From: an uncultured Candidatus Actinomarinales bacterium
Lineage (GTDB): Bacteria; Actinomycetota; Acidimicrobiia; Actinomarinales; Actinomarinaceae
Assembly: GCA_943789065.1 (NCBI GenBank)
Contig: CALSSQ010000001.1
Span: forward strand, 746,426 to 810,425
DNA length: 64,000 nt
Reading direction: 5' to 3'
Shown here one piece after another: positions 33,349 through 43,138 of the stretch (the stretch's first letter is position 1; every line of letters starts with the position of its first letter). The notes under the pieces were generated by a model. That model saw nothing but the letters and a program-made list of their open reading frames with translations. It did no database searches and had not been told where the DNA came from. The translations under genes were made by a program, and so were the position numbers.

Positions 33349-35367
33349 CTATAACACTAACAAAATTAATAAGCTAATTACTATTACTCCGCTTAAAAAA
33401 TACATAATATACTGTTGAGCTTTTCCAGTCTGAAGAAGTTTTACTCTTGCACCCAATGCGTCAGTAGATGAAGATGATATGTTTAATGCTTTATCTATCC
33501 CCCCTTGGTCAAATTTGTTGTACACGATATTTCCAAGGAATATAGCAGCAACTCCAAATAGATTCACAGCTTTGTCTAGAATATTTGTGTTAAATCTATC
33601 AACAGTATTTGCAAGTGTGGATTTAGTTGGATTTATGATGTATTTGAAATAAAAATCATCTAAGTAATATTTATTTTCAAGAAGATTCCATATTGGCTCA
33701 ACTTTAATCTTTTCATCTCCATCTTCTGGTCTACCTAAAATTTGATAGACATAGTAAGCAAGTCCAATACCAGCTAGCCCGGCGAGTAAGCCACTTGTTA
33801 ATGCAAAGTAGTCAAAAGATTCAGGATGATACTCGACTATAGGGTTTTTCCTTGTGGTCACCCAATCAGTAAAGCCCGTATATATTCCTGGAATGTTTAC
33901 CCACCCAGCAGTTACTGCGAAGCCTGCAAGTACAATAAGAGGTGTCGTCATCATAGAGTCTGACTCGTGTGGATGACCATTACCTCTATATTCCCCAAAG
34001 AATGTCAGAACCACGGCTCTAGTCATATAAAAAGCAGTGATAAAAGCACCTGCTACAGCAATAGCAAAATAGGTGTTATATCCTCCGTGATTTAAAGAGG
34101 CGAGTATCTCGTCTTTTGAGAAAAAGCCAGCAAGAGGGGGCAGTCCTGTAAGAGCAATTGTTCCCAGAATAAATGTTGTATATGTTCTGGGCATCTCTTT
34201 TTTGAGCCCACCCATTTCTTTCATGCTGTTTGTATGTACGGCATGAATTACTGATCCTGCACCAAGAAACAGTAGGGCTTTAAAAAAAGCATGTGTCCAA
34301 AGGTGAAATAATGCAGCTGTATAGGCTCCAGATCCAATAGCAGCCACCATATAACCAAGCTGACTGACAGTTGAATATGCGAGAACTTTTTTGAGATCAT
34401 CTTGAACTATGGCTATCATTCCAGCTGCAAAAAGGGTTATAACTCCAAACAGCAAGACCACGTCCAATGCTTCGCTTGCCATACCTTCATAAAAAGGAAA
34501 CATTCTTGCTAGTAAATAAACACCTGCTGTGACCATTGTTGCTGCGTGCATTAGTGCTGAGACTGGTGTTGGACCTGCCATTGCATCAGGTAGCCAGACA
34601 TGAAGCGGGAACTGAGCACTTTTACCCATAGCCCCTATAAATAGTAAAACTCCAGCCAGATAGGCAACTGATTTAAGTGACTCATAATCATGAGTTGATT
34701 GATATAAAATTTCACTTATTCTCATCGTACCTGTAGAAAGCGCCAGCACAATTATTCCAATCATTAATCCAACATCTGCAATTTTGTTGGTTATAAAAGC
34801 CTTCATAGCAGCAGATGAGTTTTCTTTCTTTTCCCAATAATGACCAATTAACAAATAGGAGCAAACACCTACTAGCTCCCAACCAATTAAAAGTTGTAAT
34901 AATGTTGGTGAGGAAACCAAAACTAACATACTTCCAGCAAACAAAGTTAGAGAGGTGAAGAAAAAAGTATATCTGACTTCTCCCTGCATATAATTTGTGG
35001 CGTAAATGAAAACTAAACTAGCCACTGTCCCTACAACAAAATACATCATTATAGAAAGACCGTCTACCACCCAACCAAATTCAAGATCAAATGAACCAAT
35101 GCTTCCCACATTGATAAAAAATTCTGAAGCTACTCCTTCTGTCACATTTAAATAGAGTAGGTATGAACTGAAAGCAAAGATGAAACCTATCGTAGCAAGC
35201 GCAATTTCAGCACCCTTAAGTGGTAGATATTTTCCAAAGAAAGTAATTAGAAGAGCAGCTATAAATGGGAGAACAACAATCAACCAAGTGTACTCAGCGA
35301 AAGTTCCACCATCAGTGTATGTAACTTTTCCTTCAGCTAGAAAGGTGATTAAATTACTATTTACCAT
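33349..35367 (-). CDS. nuoL: NADH-quinone oxidoreductase subunit L (operon 1)
   Basis: ORF track 672 aa; WLPDAMAGPTPVSALMHAATMVTAG motif. Confidence 0.92.
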   Translation of the reverse strand: MVNSNLITFLAEGKVTYTDGGTFAEYTWLIVVLPFIAALLITFFGKYLPLKGAEIALATIGFIFAFSSYLLYLNVTEGVASEFFINVGSIGSFDLEFGWVVDGLSIMMYFVVGTVASLVFIYATNYMQGEVRYTFFFTSLTLFAGSMLVLVSSPTLLQLLIGWELVGVCSYLLIGHYWEKKENSSAAMKAFITNKIADVGLMIGIIVLALSTGTMRISEILYQSTHDYESLKSVAYLAGVLLFIGAMGKSAQFPLHVWLPDAMAGPTPVSALMHAATMVTAGVYLLARMFPFYEGMASEALDVVLLFGVITLFAAGMIAIVQDDLKKVLAYSTVSQLGYMVAAIGSGAYTAALFHLWTHAFFKALLFLGAGSVIHAVHTNSMKEMGGLKKEMPRTYTTFILGTIALTGLPPLAGFFSKDEILASLNHGGYNTYFAIAVAGAFITAFYMTRAVVLTFFGEYRGNGHPHESDSMMTTPLIVLAGFAVTAGWVNIPGIYTGFTDWVTTRKNPIVEYHPESFDYFALTSGLLAGLAGIGLAYYVYQILGRPEDGDEKIKVEPIWNLLENKYYLDDFYFKYIINPTKSTLANTVDRFNTNILDKAVNLFGVAAIFLGNIVYNKFDQGGIDKALNISSSSTDALGARVKLLQTGKAQQYIMYFLSGVIVISLLILLVL

Positions 35368-35666
35368 TTCAACAAATCAAATTCATCAATATTTGCAGTT
35401 TTTCTATTTCTAAACAACATTAAAACAATCGCCAAACCAATCCCTACTTCAGCAGCGGCTATGGTGATAATGAAAATAGTAAAAATTTGACCCTGTAATA
35501 ATGCATCTCCTAACATTGCATTGAAGACTACAAAGTTTATATTCACAGCATTGAGGATTAACTCGATAGACAACAACACCATAACAACATTCCTTCTAAC
35601 TAAAATTCCATAAATCCCAATTGAAAATAATCCTGCTGCTGCAATTAAAAAAGGCTGAGCACTCAT
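35361..35666 (-). CDS. nuoK: NADH-quinone oxidoreductase subunit K (operon 1)
   Basis: ORF track 101 aa; 3-TM NuoK-like, AAAEVGIGLAI motif. Confidence 0.9.
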   Translation of the reverse strand: MSAQPFLIAAAGLFSIGIYGILVRRNVVMVLLSIELILNAVNINFVVFNAMLGDALLQGQIFTIFIITIAAAEVGIGLAIVLMLFRNRKTANIDEFDLLKW

Positions 35667-36181
35667 ATTTGATTCTCGTCAACTAAGGCATTATCTTGCC
35701 TTGCCAAGGTGATTCCACCAATTAAAGCGGCTAGTAAAACGAAAGAGACTACTTCAAAAGGAAATACAAACCTGCTTAATAAAATCTCACCCAGTAATTC
35801 TGTTGAGGTTCCGGTTGTAACAATAATTTGCGAATCGAATGTGTTAAACATCACATATGAAAAAATTACAAAAATTGATAGAGAGACAACTAATGCTAAA
35901 CTTTTGTTCTTATCATTATCTAGTTCCGCATTTTGACCTAATGGCGCTCTAGTGATCATTATTCCAAATAAGAAAAGAACTATTACAGCACCTATGTATA
36001 CAAGAACTATCACCAGTGCAACAAATTCCGCGGACAGTAGTAAAAAAGTTGCAGCTGTTATAGCTAATGTGAAAACTAAAGATATTGCTGCATGAATAAC
36101 GTTTGAAGTTGTGACAACTTTTACAGAAACTAATAAAAGTCCTAAAAGTAAAAAATAACTGATGATGTCCAGTGCTTCCAT
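35663..36181 (-). CDS. nuoJ: NADH-quinone oxidoreductase subunit J (operon 1)
   Basis: ORF track 172 aa; operon position, membrane protein. Confidence 0.85.
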   Translation of the reverse strand: MEALDIISYFLLLGLLLVSVKVVTTSNVIHAAISLVFTLAITAATFLLLSAEFVALVIVLVYIGAVIVLFLFGIMITRAPLGQNAELDNDKNKSLALVVSLSIFVIFSYVMFNTFDSQIIVTTGTSTELLGEILLSRFVFPFEVVSFVLLAALIGGITLARQDNALVDENQI

Positions 36182-36182
36182 T

Positions 36183-36668
36183 TTAACTCTCTAAACCTTC
36201 CACTTCAGGAACTGTGTTTAGCCATTGATCGAGTCTATTTTTATCATGAAGCATATCCCCCATATTGTATTCTGAATATTCGTACTCTGGTGTCCAAAAC
36301 AATGCATCAAAAGGACATACCTCAACACAAATTCCGCAATACATGCAGAGAGCATAGTCAATATCGAACCTGTCAAGAACTGCTCTACTGCGTTCCCTAC
36401 CACCAGGTTTTGCAGGGGGTTGTAATTCTTTATGTCCTTCTATGTAAATACACCAATCTGGGCATTGTCTCGCACAAAGCATGCAGCTAGTGCAAGCATC
36501 TGTATCAAGTGCTATGACTCCCCTTGCTCTGGGTGCAACAATTTCTTTTTCAAATGGGTAATTAACATTTGGATTTGGACTTAGTGGAGATAATGTCTTG
36601 AACATATTAAATAAAAGAATTTTCATTCCAGTCAAAAAGCCAGGTAATTTAGGTCTAAATTTTTTCAT
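36183..36668 (-). CDS. nuoI: NADH-quinone oxidoreductase subunit I (operon 1)
   Basis: ORF track 161 aa; two ferredoxin-type 4Fe-4S motifs (CxxCxxCxxxCP). Confidence 0.92.
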   Translation of the reverse strand: MKKFRPKLPGFLTGMKILLFNMFKTLSPLSPNPNVNYPFEKEIVAPRARGVIALDTDACTSCMLCARQCPDWCIYIEGHKELQPPAKPGGRERSRAVLDRFDIDYALCMYCGICVEVCPFDALFWTPEYEYSEYNMGDMLHDKNRLDQWLNTVPEVEGLES

Positions 36669-37649
36669 TTAAAATACAACTTTCATTATGGATGTTATCA
36701 ATATGTTGAGTAAAGAAAGCGGAATTAAAACCTTCCATGCTAAGTTTTGTAGCTGATCTTCTCTGAATCTAGGAAATGACCATCTCACTAAAACTAATAT
36801 GAAGCCCAGCAAAACTGTTTTAGTAATTAAGACAACTGGTCCATAAAAGTTGACCCATTCAGGTGGGAGAAGTGGGACATGATATCCACCTAGAAATAAT
36901 GTGGAAGCAACTGCACATAATACAAACATGTTCATGTATTCAGCAATATAAAATATTAAAAATCTTACGCCAGAATATTCTGTTAAAAATCCACTAACAA
37001 GTTCGGACTCACCAATTGGCATATCGAATGGTACTCTCATCATTTCAGCTGTTGCAGCTATCATAAAAATTAGGAAGGCAAGACCTTGGCCAGAAAGTGC
37101 AAATGGAAGTCCAAATTCTATTTGTTTCTCAACTATCCCAACAAGTGACATGGTTTCTGCCTGGATGACAACTCCAACTACTGCAAGAATTAATGGAAGT
37201 TCATATGCAATTAACTGTCCTGCAGCACGTATTCCACCCATTAAAGAGTACTTGTTTGCTGAGGACCAACCTGCAGTAAGAACCCCTAGTGTTGATAGCG
37301 AACTTATCGCTAGCAAATAGAAGACTCCTAAATCTAAATCACTCCCAACTAAAGTTGGGCTAATTGGTACAACAACGAATAAACCGAAGACTGATGCAAG
37401 TACATAAGCTGGTGCCCATTTAAAGACAGGAGCGTCAACATTAGTCGGTGTGATGTCTTCTTTTTGGAAAAATTTAATTATTTCAGCTAGTGGAAAAATG
37501 AATCCTCTTAATCCAACATGAAGGGGGCCCGGTCTTCTTTGCATCCATGATGCTCCTTTAACATCGAGAATTGTAAATATTACTGCTCCGTTTAGTGCAA
37601 AAGCTAAAACGATACCTGCAGTTACTAATATCTGAGATCCATCAATCAT
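36669..37649 (-). CDS. nuoH: NADH-quinone oxidoreductase subunit H (operon 1)
   Basis: ORF track 326 aa; NuoH/ND1-like. Confidence 0.9.
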   Translation of the reverse strand: MIDGSQILVTAGIVLAFALNGAVIFTILDVKGASWMQRRPGPLHVGLRGFIFPLAEIIKFFQKEDITPTNVDAPVFKWAPAYVLASVFGLFVVVPISPTLVGSDLDLGVFYLLAISSLSTLGVLTAGWSSANKYSLMGGIRAAGQLIAYELPLILAVVGVVIQAETMSLVGIVEKQIEFGLPFALSGQGLAFLIFMIAATAEMMRVPFDMPIGESELVSGFLTEYSGVRFLIFYIAEYMNMFVLCAVASTLFLGGYHVPLLPPEWVNFYGPVVLITKTVLLGFILVLVRWSFPRFREDQLQNLAWKVLIPLSLLNILITSIMKVVF

Positions 37650-38842
37650 CTATCAACATCCCCTAAAACAAAATCTAGACTGCCCATGATTGCAATCAGA
37701 TCAGGTAACAATTGACCTTCAAGCAGTACTGGGAGGATGGAAATATTACTAAAGGACGGTGTTCTAATTTTTAGTCGGTATGGACCTAGACCACCCTCAG
37801 AAATTACATAGTATCCCATTTCACCTTTTGGATTTTCTGTCCTTACATAAGATCGTCCCTTAGGTACTTTTATAACCTTTGGAACTTTTGTCTGTAGGGG
37901 TCCACTTGGCATGGAGTCAATAGCTTGAAGTATAATTTTAGCTGACTCTCTCATCTCTAGTAGTCGAACATACCAACGATCATAACAATCTCCATTTTCT
38001 CCAACAGGAATCTCGTATTCAAATTTGTCATACGGTAAGAAATCGGTTTGAGTCCTTAAATCAAACTTTACTCCAGATGCTCTCAATATCGGTCCAGAGA
38101 CTCCATATTCTTCAGCAAGTTCTTTGGATATTATCCCAACTCCTTTAGTCCTAGCCTTAAAGACTTCGTTGCCACCAACTAAATCTTCCATTCTCTCAAC
38201 AGCTTCTAGAACCTTCTCCATTGCGTCTCTAGTTTCTTGATAGAAACCTGCTGGTAGATCTTGTACATTTTTTTTGGTTGTGGGGCCCGAACCTGCTGCT
38301 GGTTTTACTCCACCTATTCTATTAAAATTTGGATGAAACCTACCACCTGTTACTGATTCTATTAAATCAAGTATTCTTTCTCTATCCTCCATTGCTAAAA
38401 ATATAGGAGTTAACGCCCCGATCTCTAATGCATAAGCTCCATTGAATACAAAATGAGAAGCAATTCTTGCCATCTCTGTGAGAATCAACCTGATGTGCTT
38501 TGCTCTTTCAGGTGCTTCTATCTCCATTAGCTTTTCAGTTGCAGCAATGAAAGGTATCTCATTAGCAAAACCTGATACCCAATCAATTCTATTAACAAGT
38601 GTTGTAATTTGGGGATATGTTCTGACCTCAGCTAATTTTTCATAGCCTCTGTGCATATAACCTAGAACAGGCTCGACACTTGAAATTTTTTCTCCATCTA
38701 CTTTGGCAACCAGTCTTAATACACCATGTGTTGAGGGATGTTGTGGGCCAATGTTTAGAGTCATGTCTTCAGTTTCTATTTCAACTGAGACCGAAGCTTC
38801 TGAAACATAAGGAACATTTCCTGTATTTAAAATATCATCCAT
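37646..38842 (-). CDS. nuoD: NADH-quinone oxidoreductase subunit D (operon 1; start placed at ATG 38842 after AGGAAG RBS)
   Basis: NIGPQHPSTHGVLRL and GYMHRGYEKL motifs typical of NuoD/49-kDa subunit; the longer ORF-track start overlaps nuoC. Confidence 0.92.
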   Translation of the reverse strand: MDDILNTGNVPYVSEASVSVEIETEDMTLNIGPQHPSTHGVLRLVAKVDGEKISSVEPVLGYMHRGYEKLAEVRTYPQITTLVNRIDWVSGFANEIPFIAATEKLMEIEAPERAKHIRLILTEMARIASHFVFNGAYALEIGALTPIFLAMEDRERILDLIESVTGGRFHPNFNRIGGVKPAAGSGPTTKKNVQDLPAGFYQETRDAMEKVLEAVERMEDLVGGNEVFKARTKGVGIISKELAEEYGVSGPILRASGVKFDLRTQTDFLPYDKFEYEIPVGENGDCYDRWYVRLLEMRESAKIILQAIDSMPSGPLQTKVPKVIKVPKGRSYVRTENPKGEMGYYVISEGGLGPYRLKIRTPSFSNISILPVLLEGQLLPDLIAIMGSLDFVLGDVDR

Positions 38843-38843
38843 T

Positions 38844-39395
38844 TTAATTATCTTCCTTTGAACCGTTTTCTGGCATACCTTCGACATCTACTTCACCAGG
38901 CCATGGCTTAACTTCTCTACTGATCAACTCAAATGATTTGAGCATTGGATTTCCCTCGTAGTCATCTGGAAGATACATTTTTGTGAGGTTTGGATGATTA
39001 TTGAACTCGATACCAAACATTTCGTATGCTTCTCGTTCGTGCCAATTAGAACCTGCAAAAACCTCAATTAAGGATGGAATCATTGCATCTTCTTTTTCTA
39101 TTTCAGTAGATACTAAAACAACATTTCCTTCAATTGACTCTGACAAGCAAAAAACTATTTCAAAATGTGGTGATACTGATTCTTTCGGGGGGTCTCCTAC
39201 TGAAACTTCATTTTCCCAATCAATGGCGCTTAGCCATGAAAAGTAAGTAAGTTGAAATTCTTCTTTAAGAATTTTTGCTGTTTCTACCCATTCTTCTGGT
39301 TTTACTTTTATTTTTAGGGTATCAAATTCATTTTCTACACTAGAAAATTTTGTAGATATTGACTCAATAAACTCTGCATTGCTAGACAGGTTCAT
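38844..39395 (-). CDS. nuoC: NADH-quinone oxidoreductase subunit C (operon 1)
   Basis: ORF track 183 aa; NuoC/30-kDa-like ([12 protein letters not shown]). Confidence 0.9.
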   Translation of the reverse strand: MNLSSNAEFIESISTKFSSVENEFDTLKIKVKPEEWVETAKILKEEFQLTYFSWLSAIDWENEVSVGDPPKESVSPHFEIVFCLSESIEGNVVLVSTEIEKEDAMIPSLIEVFAGSNWHEREAYEMFGIEFNNHPNLTKMYLPDDYEGNPMLKSFELISREVKPWPGEVDVEGMPENGSKEDN

Positions 39396-39879
39396 TTTGA
39401 TCTGCTTTCCATTTTTCTTTCATGTCTTCTCCTCTTATTTTTTCTTGTAGGAGAATAATTCCCTCTTGTAAAGCTTCAGGTCTTGGAGGACATCCTGGAA
39501 CGTATACGTCAACAGGGATAAGTTGATCCACACCTTTTGTAACAGAGTATGAATCCCAATATGGACCACCGCTATTTGAACAGGAACCCATAGATATGAC
39601 ATATTTTGGCTCTGGCATTTGATCATATAGTCTTTTTACTGCTGGTGCCATTTTGTCTGTGACTGTTCCAGCGACAACCATTAAATCAGCTTGTCTTGGT
39701 GATGCAGGTAGTGGGATAATTCCAAGTCTCATAAAATCATGTCTGGGTCCACTTACTGCCATAACTTCTATTGCACAGCAAGCTAATCCAAATTGGAAAT
39801 ACCACAAAGAGTATGACCTAGCCCAGTTTAAAACTGACGATATCGGTTTTGGTAATCCGAATTTATCAACTACTCCCAT
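39382..39879 (-). CDS. nuoB: NADH-quinone oxidoreductase subunit B (operon 1)
   Basis: ORF track 165 aa; N2 cluster ligands CCAIE ... [10 protein letters not shown] ... [11 protein letters not shown]. Confidence 0.93.
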   Translation of the reverse strand: MGVVDKFGLPKPISSVLNWARSYSLWYFQFGLACCAIEVMAVSGPRHDFMRLGIIPLPASPRQADLMVVAGTVTDKMAPAVKRLYDQMPEPKYVISMGSCSNSGGPYWDSYSVTKGVDQLIPVDVYVPGCPPRPEALQEGIILLQEKIRGEDMKEKWKADQNEPV

Positions 39880-40235
39880 TTCAATACATCCTTTCTAATT
39901 GCATAAATTAATCCGATTAACAAAATAAAAATAAAAACTAGCATTTCCACTAAACCAAAATAACCTAACTTCTCAAGATTAATTGCCCATGGGAATATGA
40001 ATACTGCTTCAACATCAAAAATTACGAACAATAGGCCAAAAATATAGTATCGAATGTAAGTCTGACTCCAACCTGTCCCGACGGGGTCAACACCTGACTC
40101 GTAGGTTGTAAGTTTTTCAGGAGAGGGATTATTCGGCCTGAGGATAGCTGCAATAGATGTCAAAATGAGCATAAATATAATGCCCACTGCTAACAATACT
40201 GCTACTGTTGCGTACTCCTGAAAATAAGAATTCAT
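39870..40235 (-). CDS. nuoA: NADH-quinone oxidoreductase subunit A (operon 1)
   Basis: ORF track 121 aa; 3-TM NuoA-like, first gene of operon. Confidence 0.88.
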   Translation of the reverse strand: MNSYFQEYATVAVLLAVGIIFMLILTSIAAILRPNNPSPEKLTTYESGVDPVGTGWSQTYIRYYIFGLLFVIFDVEAVFIFPWAINLEKLGYFGLVEMLVFIFILLIGLIYAIRKDVLKWE

Positions 40236-40311
40236 AATTTGATTTTAACCAACCTGTAGGAAATTTTAGTTTTATTTGAAAGTTGAGCGTAATTGTTTGT
40301 AAACTTTTTTT

Positions 40312-41406
40312 ATGAGCAATCTTGAAAATATTTTAGGAAAAAGTAGCTTACTCGACCTATCAAAAAAACTATTTAATGTAGTTACAAAGACAGTTGACTT
40401 TCATGAAGAACATGAAATAAATCTTGATTCTAAAATTCTTCAAGCAGAAACCATAAATTTTGTTTTAGCCGATGGTCTTGGAAGTGAAAACTTAAAACTA
40501 GCTAAGTCTGATTATTTAAAGGATTCAAATTCTTTTTCTGTAAATTCAACTTTTCCTAGCTCAACTAATGTTGCTTTAAGCACTATTAACTATGTATCTA
40601 AGCCTGTGGAGACATCAATTTTAGGTTATTATCTCTTTGATAGAGAAGAGCACGGACTTATTAATGCCTTAAACTGGAACAAAGAAAACAAATCTTTATT
40701 AAAACATCCAGATATTAAAGACCGACAAACCATATGGACTCTTTTAAGAAATAAAGGTATTACCTCCAATAACCTACAACCTCGCGACTTAGTAGATAGT
40801 GCATTGTCTGAATACATCTATAAAGACTCCCATCAGATTGCATATAAAGACACAGAAGAATTAAATGAAATAGTTAGTGACTCTTCAGTATTGGATAATC
40901 GCTTTAATTTTATTTACTATCCGAATATTGATATCTCAGCCCATGTTTTTGGAGTAGGTAGTGATCAGTGGCATGAAGAAGTTGGTATTTTTGAAATGTT
41001 TATAAAGAATTTAAACAGTACTCAATCCAAAAAAATGTACACCTTGATAACGGCAGATCACGGTCTCACAAACATCTCTAATGAGAATCGGATTCATCTA
41101 GATTATGAGGAGGATGTTGTTGTCTACGGAGATCAGAGAAGTGTTTATATCAATGGTGACGAAACGAAAGTTAAAAAAATATTTAAGAATGTCCCTGGAC
41201 GTTTTCTTAACAGTGTAGAAATAAGACACTTAATTGGAGAACCTACAAATAATCTAAACAAAAGGCTTTACCCTGACCACTGTTTCCTTGTAGATGATGG
41301 ATACATTATTTTTCCAAAACATTTAAAGGCCAACTTGGTTGGATACCATGGAGGAATTACAGAAGAAGAAATGCGGGTACCTGTTATAGAAATTATTAAC
41401 TTTTAA
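40312..41406 (+). CDS. Alkaline-phosphatase-superfamily protein (nucleotide pyrophosphatase/phosphodiesterase-like), apparently cytoplasmic
   Basis: 364 aa; metal-ligand-like motifs VLADGLGSE, ITADHGLTN, GYHGG; no N-terminal signal peptide. Confidence 0.5.
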   Translation: MSNLENILGKSSLLDLSKKLFNVVTKTVDFHEEHEINLDSKILQAETINFVLADGLGSENLKLAKSDYLKDSNSFSVNSTFPSSTNVALSTINYVSKPVETSILGYYLFDREEHGLINALNWNKENKSLLKHPDIKDRQTIWTLLRNKGITSNNLQPRDLVDSALSEYIYKDSHQIAYKDTEELNEIVSDSSVLDNRFNFIYYPNIDISAHVFGVGSDQWHEEVGIFEMFIKNLNSTQSKKMYTLITADHGLTNISNENRIHLDYEEDVVVYGDQRSVYINGDETKVKKIFKNVPGRFLNSVEIRHLIGEPTNNLNKRLYPDHCFLVDDGYIIFPKHLKANLVGYHGGITEEEMRVPVIEIINF

Positions 41407-41422
41407 TGGTTAGACTGTATAA

Positions 41423-42208
41423 ATGAAATTTTTAAAAACTTTATTTATATTAGTAATCCTTAGTGCATGCCAGACAAACATAACAGAAGAGGGTTTTGCT
41501 GAGATAGGCATTGAGCCATCTATTGAGCCATATAGAATGGCATCTGACTCAATAGAAAGTAGTTCACTATCTCCAGGAGAGTACATAATCAAATCTGCCT
41601 ATGGAAGCATGGATGTTAGTACGTCTAATTTTGAGAAGAAAGTGGATGAATTCAAAAATCTTGTAACTCAATACAATGGCAATATTTCTGACTCATATTT
41701 ATCTACTAATTACCAAGGATTAAAGAGTTTTAGTATCACATCAAACATACCTGCCGCAGATTTTGATCAATTTATACTCGACGTTGAAAATATTAAAGAC
41801 TTTTCAGATATCAGCATCAATGCAAACGATGTTACAACTTATGTTTTAGATATTGACTCAAGGTTATCTTCATTGGTGAATGAAAAGGAAGCACTTGAGG
41901 AGATCAAACTTGAAGCGAAAACAACATCTGACCGCTTAGAGGTTCAAAATCAACTTCGTTATATCAATCAGGATATTGAGATGCTTAAGGGTCAAAAAGA
42001 ATATTACACAAATGCTGTTTCATACTCAAAACTCACATTAAACATCAGGGAAGGTTCTGGAATTTCATTATTTTCCTGGAATTATTATTTTGAGAGAAGC
42101 CTTAATTGGATTGAGAGCATCGTTGGAATTACTTTTTCAATCGGGATAATCGCTTTCCCAATTTTCTTAATATTCTTATTAATTAAGAAACTGAAAAAAA
42201 GAGAATAA
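41423..42208 (+). CDS. Lipoprotein with central coiled-coil and C-terminal TM anchor (DUF4349-like architecture)
   Basis: 261 aa; lipobox LSAC after N-terminal signal, coiled-coil region, C-terminal hydrophobic helix then KKLKKRE. Confidence 0.5.
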   Translation: MKFLKTLFILVILSACQTNITEEGFAEIGIEPSIEPYRMASDSIESSSLSPGEYIIKSAYGSMDVSTSNFEKKVDEFKNLVTQYNGNISDSYLSTNYQGLKSFSITSNIPAADFDQFILDVENIKDFSDISINANDVTTYVLDIDSRLSSLVNEKEALEEIKLEAKTTSDRLEVQNQLRYINQDIEMLKGQKEYYTNAVSYSKLTLNIREGSGISLFSWNYYFERSLNWIESIVGITFSIGIIAFPIFLIFLLIKKLKKRE

Positions 42209-42286
42209 TGGCCTTTTCCTACATTGGGCTTTTCTTAATAATCCTTTTAGTAATCTTCTTTGGAAGAAAGATTAAATAATCCTCAA

Positions 42287-43090
42287 TTAGTTTGGCTGAT
42301 ATGTTCCAGCAAATACTTGCCATGCTAGACAAGTTTTAGCAAGTAGACTCAACCATATATAGGCTCTTTCACCGTATAAATAGTCTTTCCACTTTCCTAC
42401 ACCTTTATATTGAAGAATCATATTTATTGAAAAAGTGTTAAAAAAGAAAAATATACTAACAAATATCCAGACTACGAATTGGGGAACCCCTTGAGGATTT
42501 GCATCTGTAGCAACTCCATCACCTATTAAATTGATAAAAATAAAAATCCACGGTGCAATACCAGCTAAACAACCCATGATATAAGCAGTCCAATCAACTT
42601 TTTCAGTATATTGATTGTGTACTTCCATCATCCAACCAAACCAACACATCGCAGCATTCATGACAAAAATTCCAGCTAGTGCCCAAACATCATAAATTCC
42701 TACAAGTAAAGCTATCAACACAATCATTACTGAAGCACTAATTGAGTACTCGATCCAGCGGACTTTATTAATACCTTTCATTAAATCTGCTTTATACCTG
42801 TTATAGAAAGGGCCCGATATAAGAAAATGTGCGAGTGCTGATGCCAACAAAAATGTTGCAACTGCAGGTCCGAAGTTTGATACCTCTCTCCAGATTTGTA
42901 GTTCGGGAACTAAAGCGAAGCTTGATGGATCTTCAGGAGTTCCAACTCCAATAAGTTGAGTAATTGTTAAGGGTACTGTGAAACCTGTATTTACTACGGT
43001 TCCCAAATAAAATAAACCTGCTCCTTGGATAAGGTGTACTAATCCCATTCTTAAATTAAATTTCTTAAGCTTCTGAATTTTTACTTCCAT
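42287..43090 (-). CDS. Heliorhodopsin (7-TM retinal-binding protein, inverted topology family)
   Basis: 267 aa; by-eye alignment to heliorhodopsin 48C12: LVHLIQ (His), ALAHFLI (His), RWIEYSISASVMIVLIA (counterion Glu), QYKGVGKWKDYLYGERAYIWLSLLAKTCLAWQ with Schiff-base Lys in last helix. Confidence 0.85.
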   Translation of the reverse strand: MEVKIQKLKKFNLRMGLVHLIQGAGLFYLGTVVNTGFTVPLTITQLIGVGTPEDPSSFALVPELQIWREVSNFGPAVATFLLASALAHFLISGPFYNRYKADLMKGINKVRWIEYSISASVMIVLIALLVGIYDVWALAGIFVMNAAMCWFGWMMEVHNQYTEKVDWTAYIMGCLAGIAPWIFIFINLIGDGVATDANPQGVPQFVVWIFVSIFFFFNTFSINMILQYKGVGKWKDYLYGERAYIWLSLLAKTCLAWQVFAGTYQPN

Positions 43091-43138
43091 TATTTTTTAC
43101 CTTTTTTATTAAATACTCTAAACCCTATTATTACAGAT

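Noticed and set aside
38842-38887. Fused nuoC-nuoD gene in operon 1
   Set aside because: nuoC ends with an in-frame TAA at 38844-38846, and nuoD has its own ATG at 38842 with an AGGAAG RBS; the apparent 44-nt overlap comes from an over-long ORF-track start.
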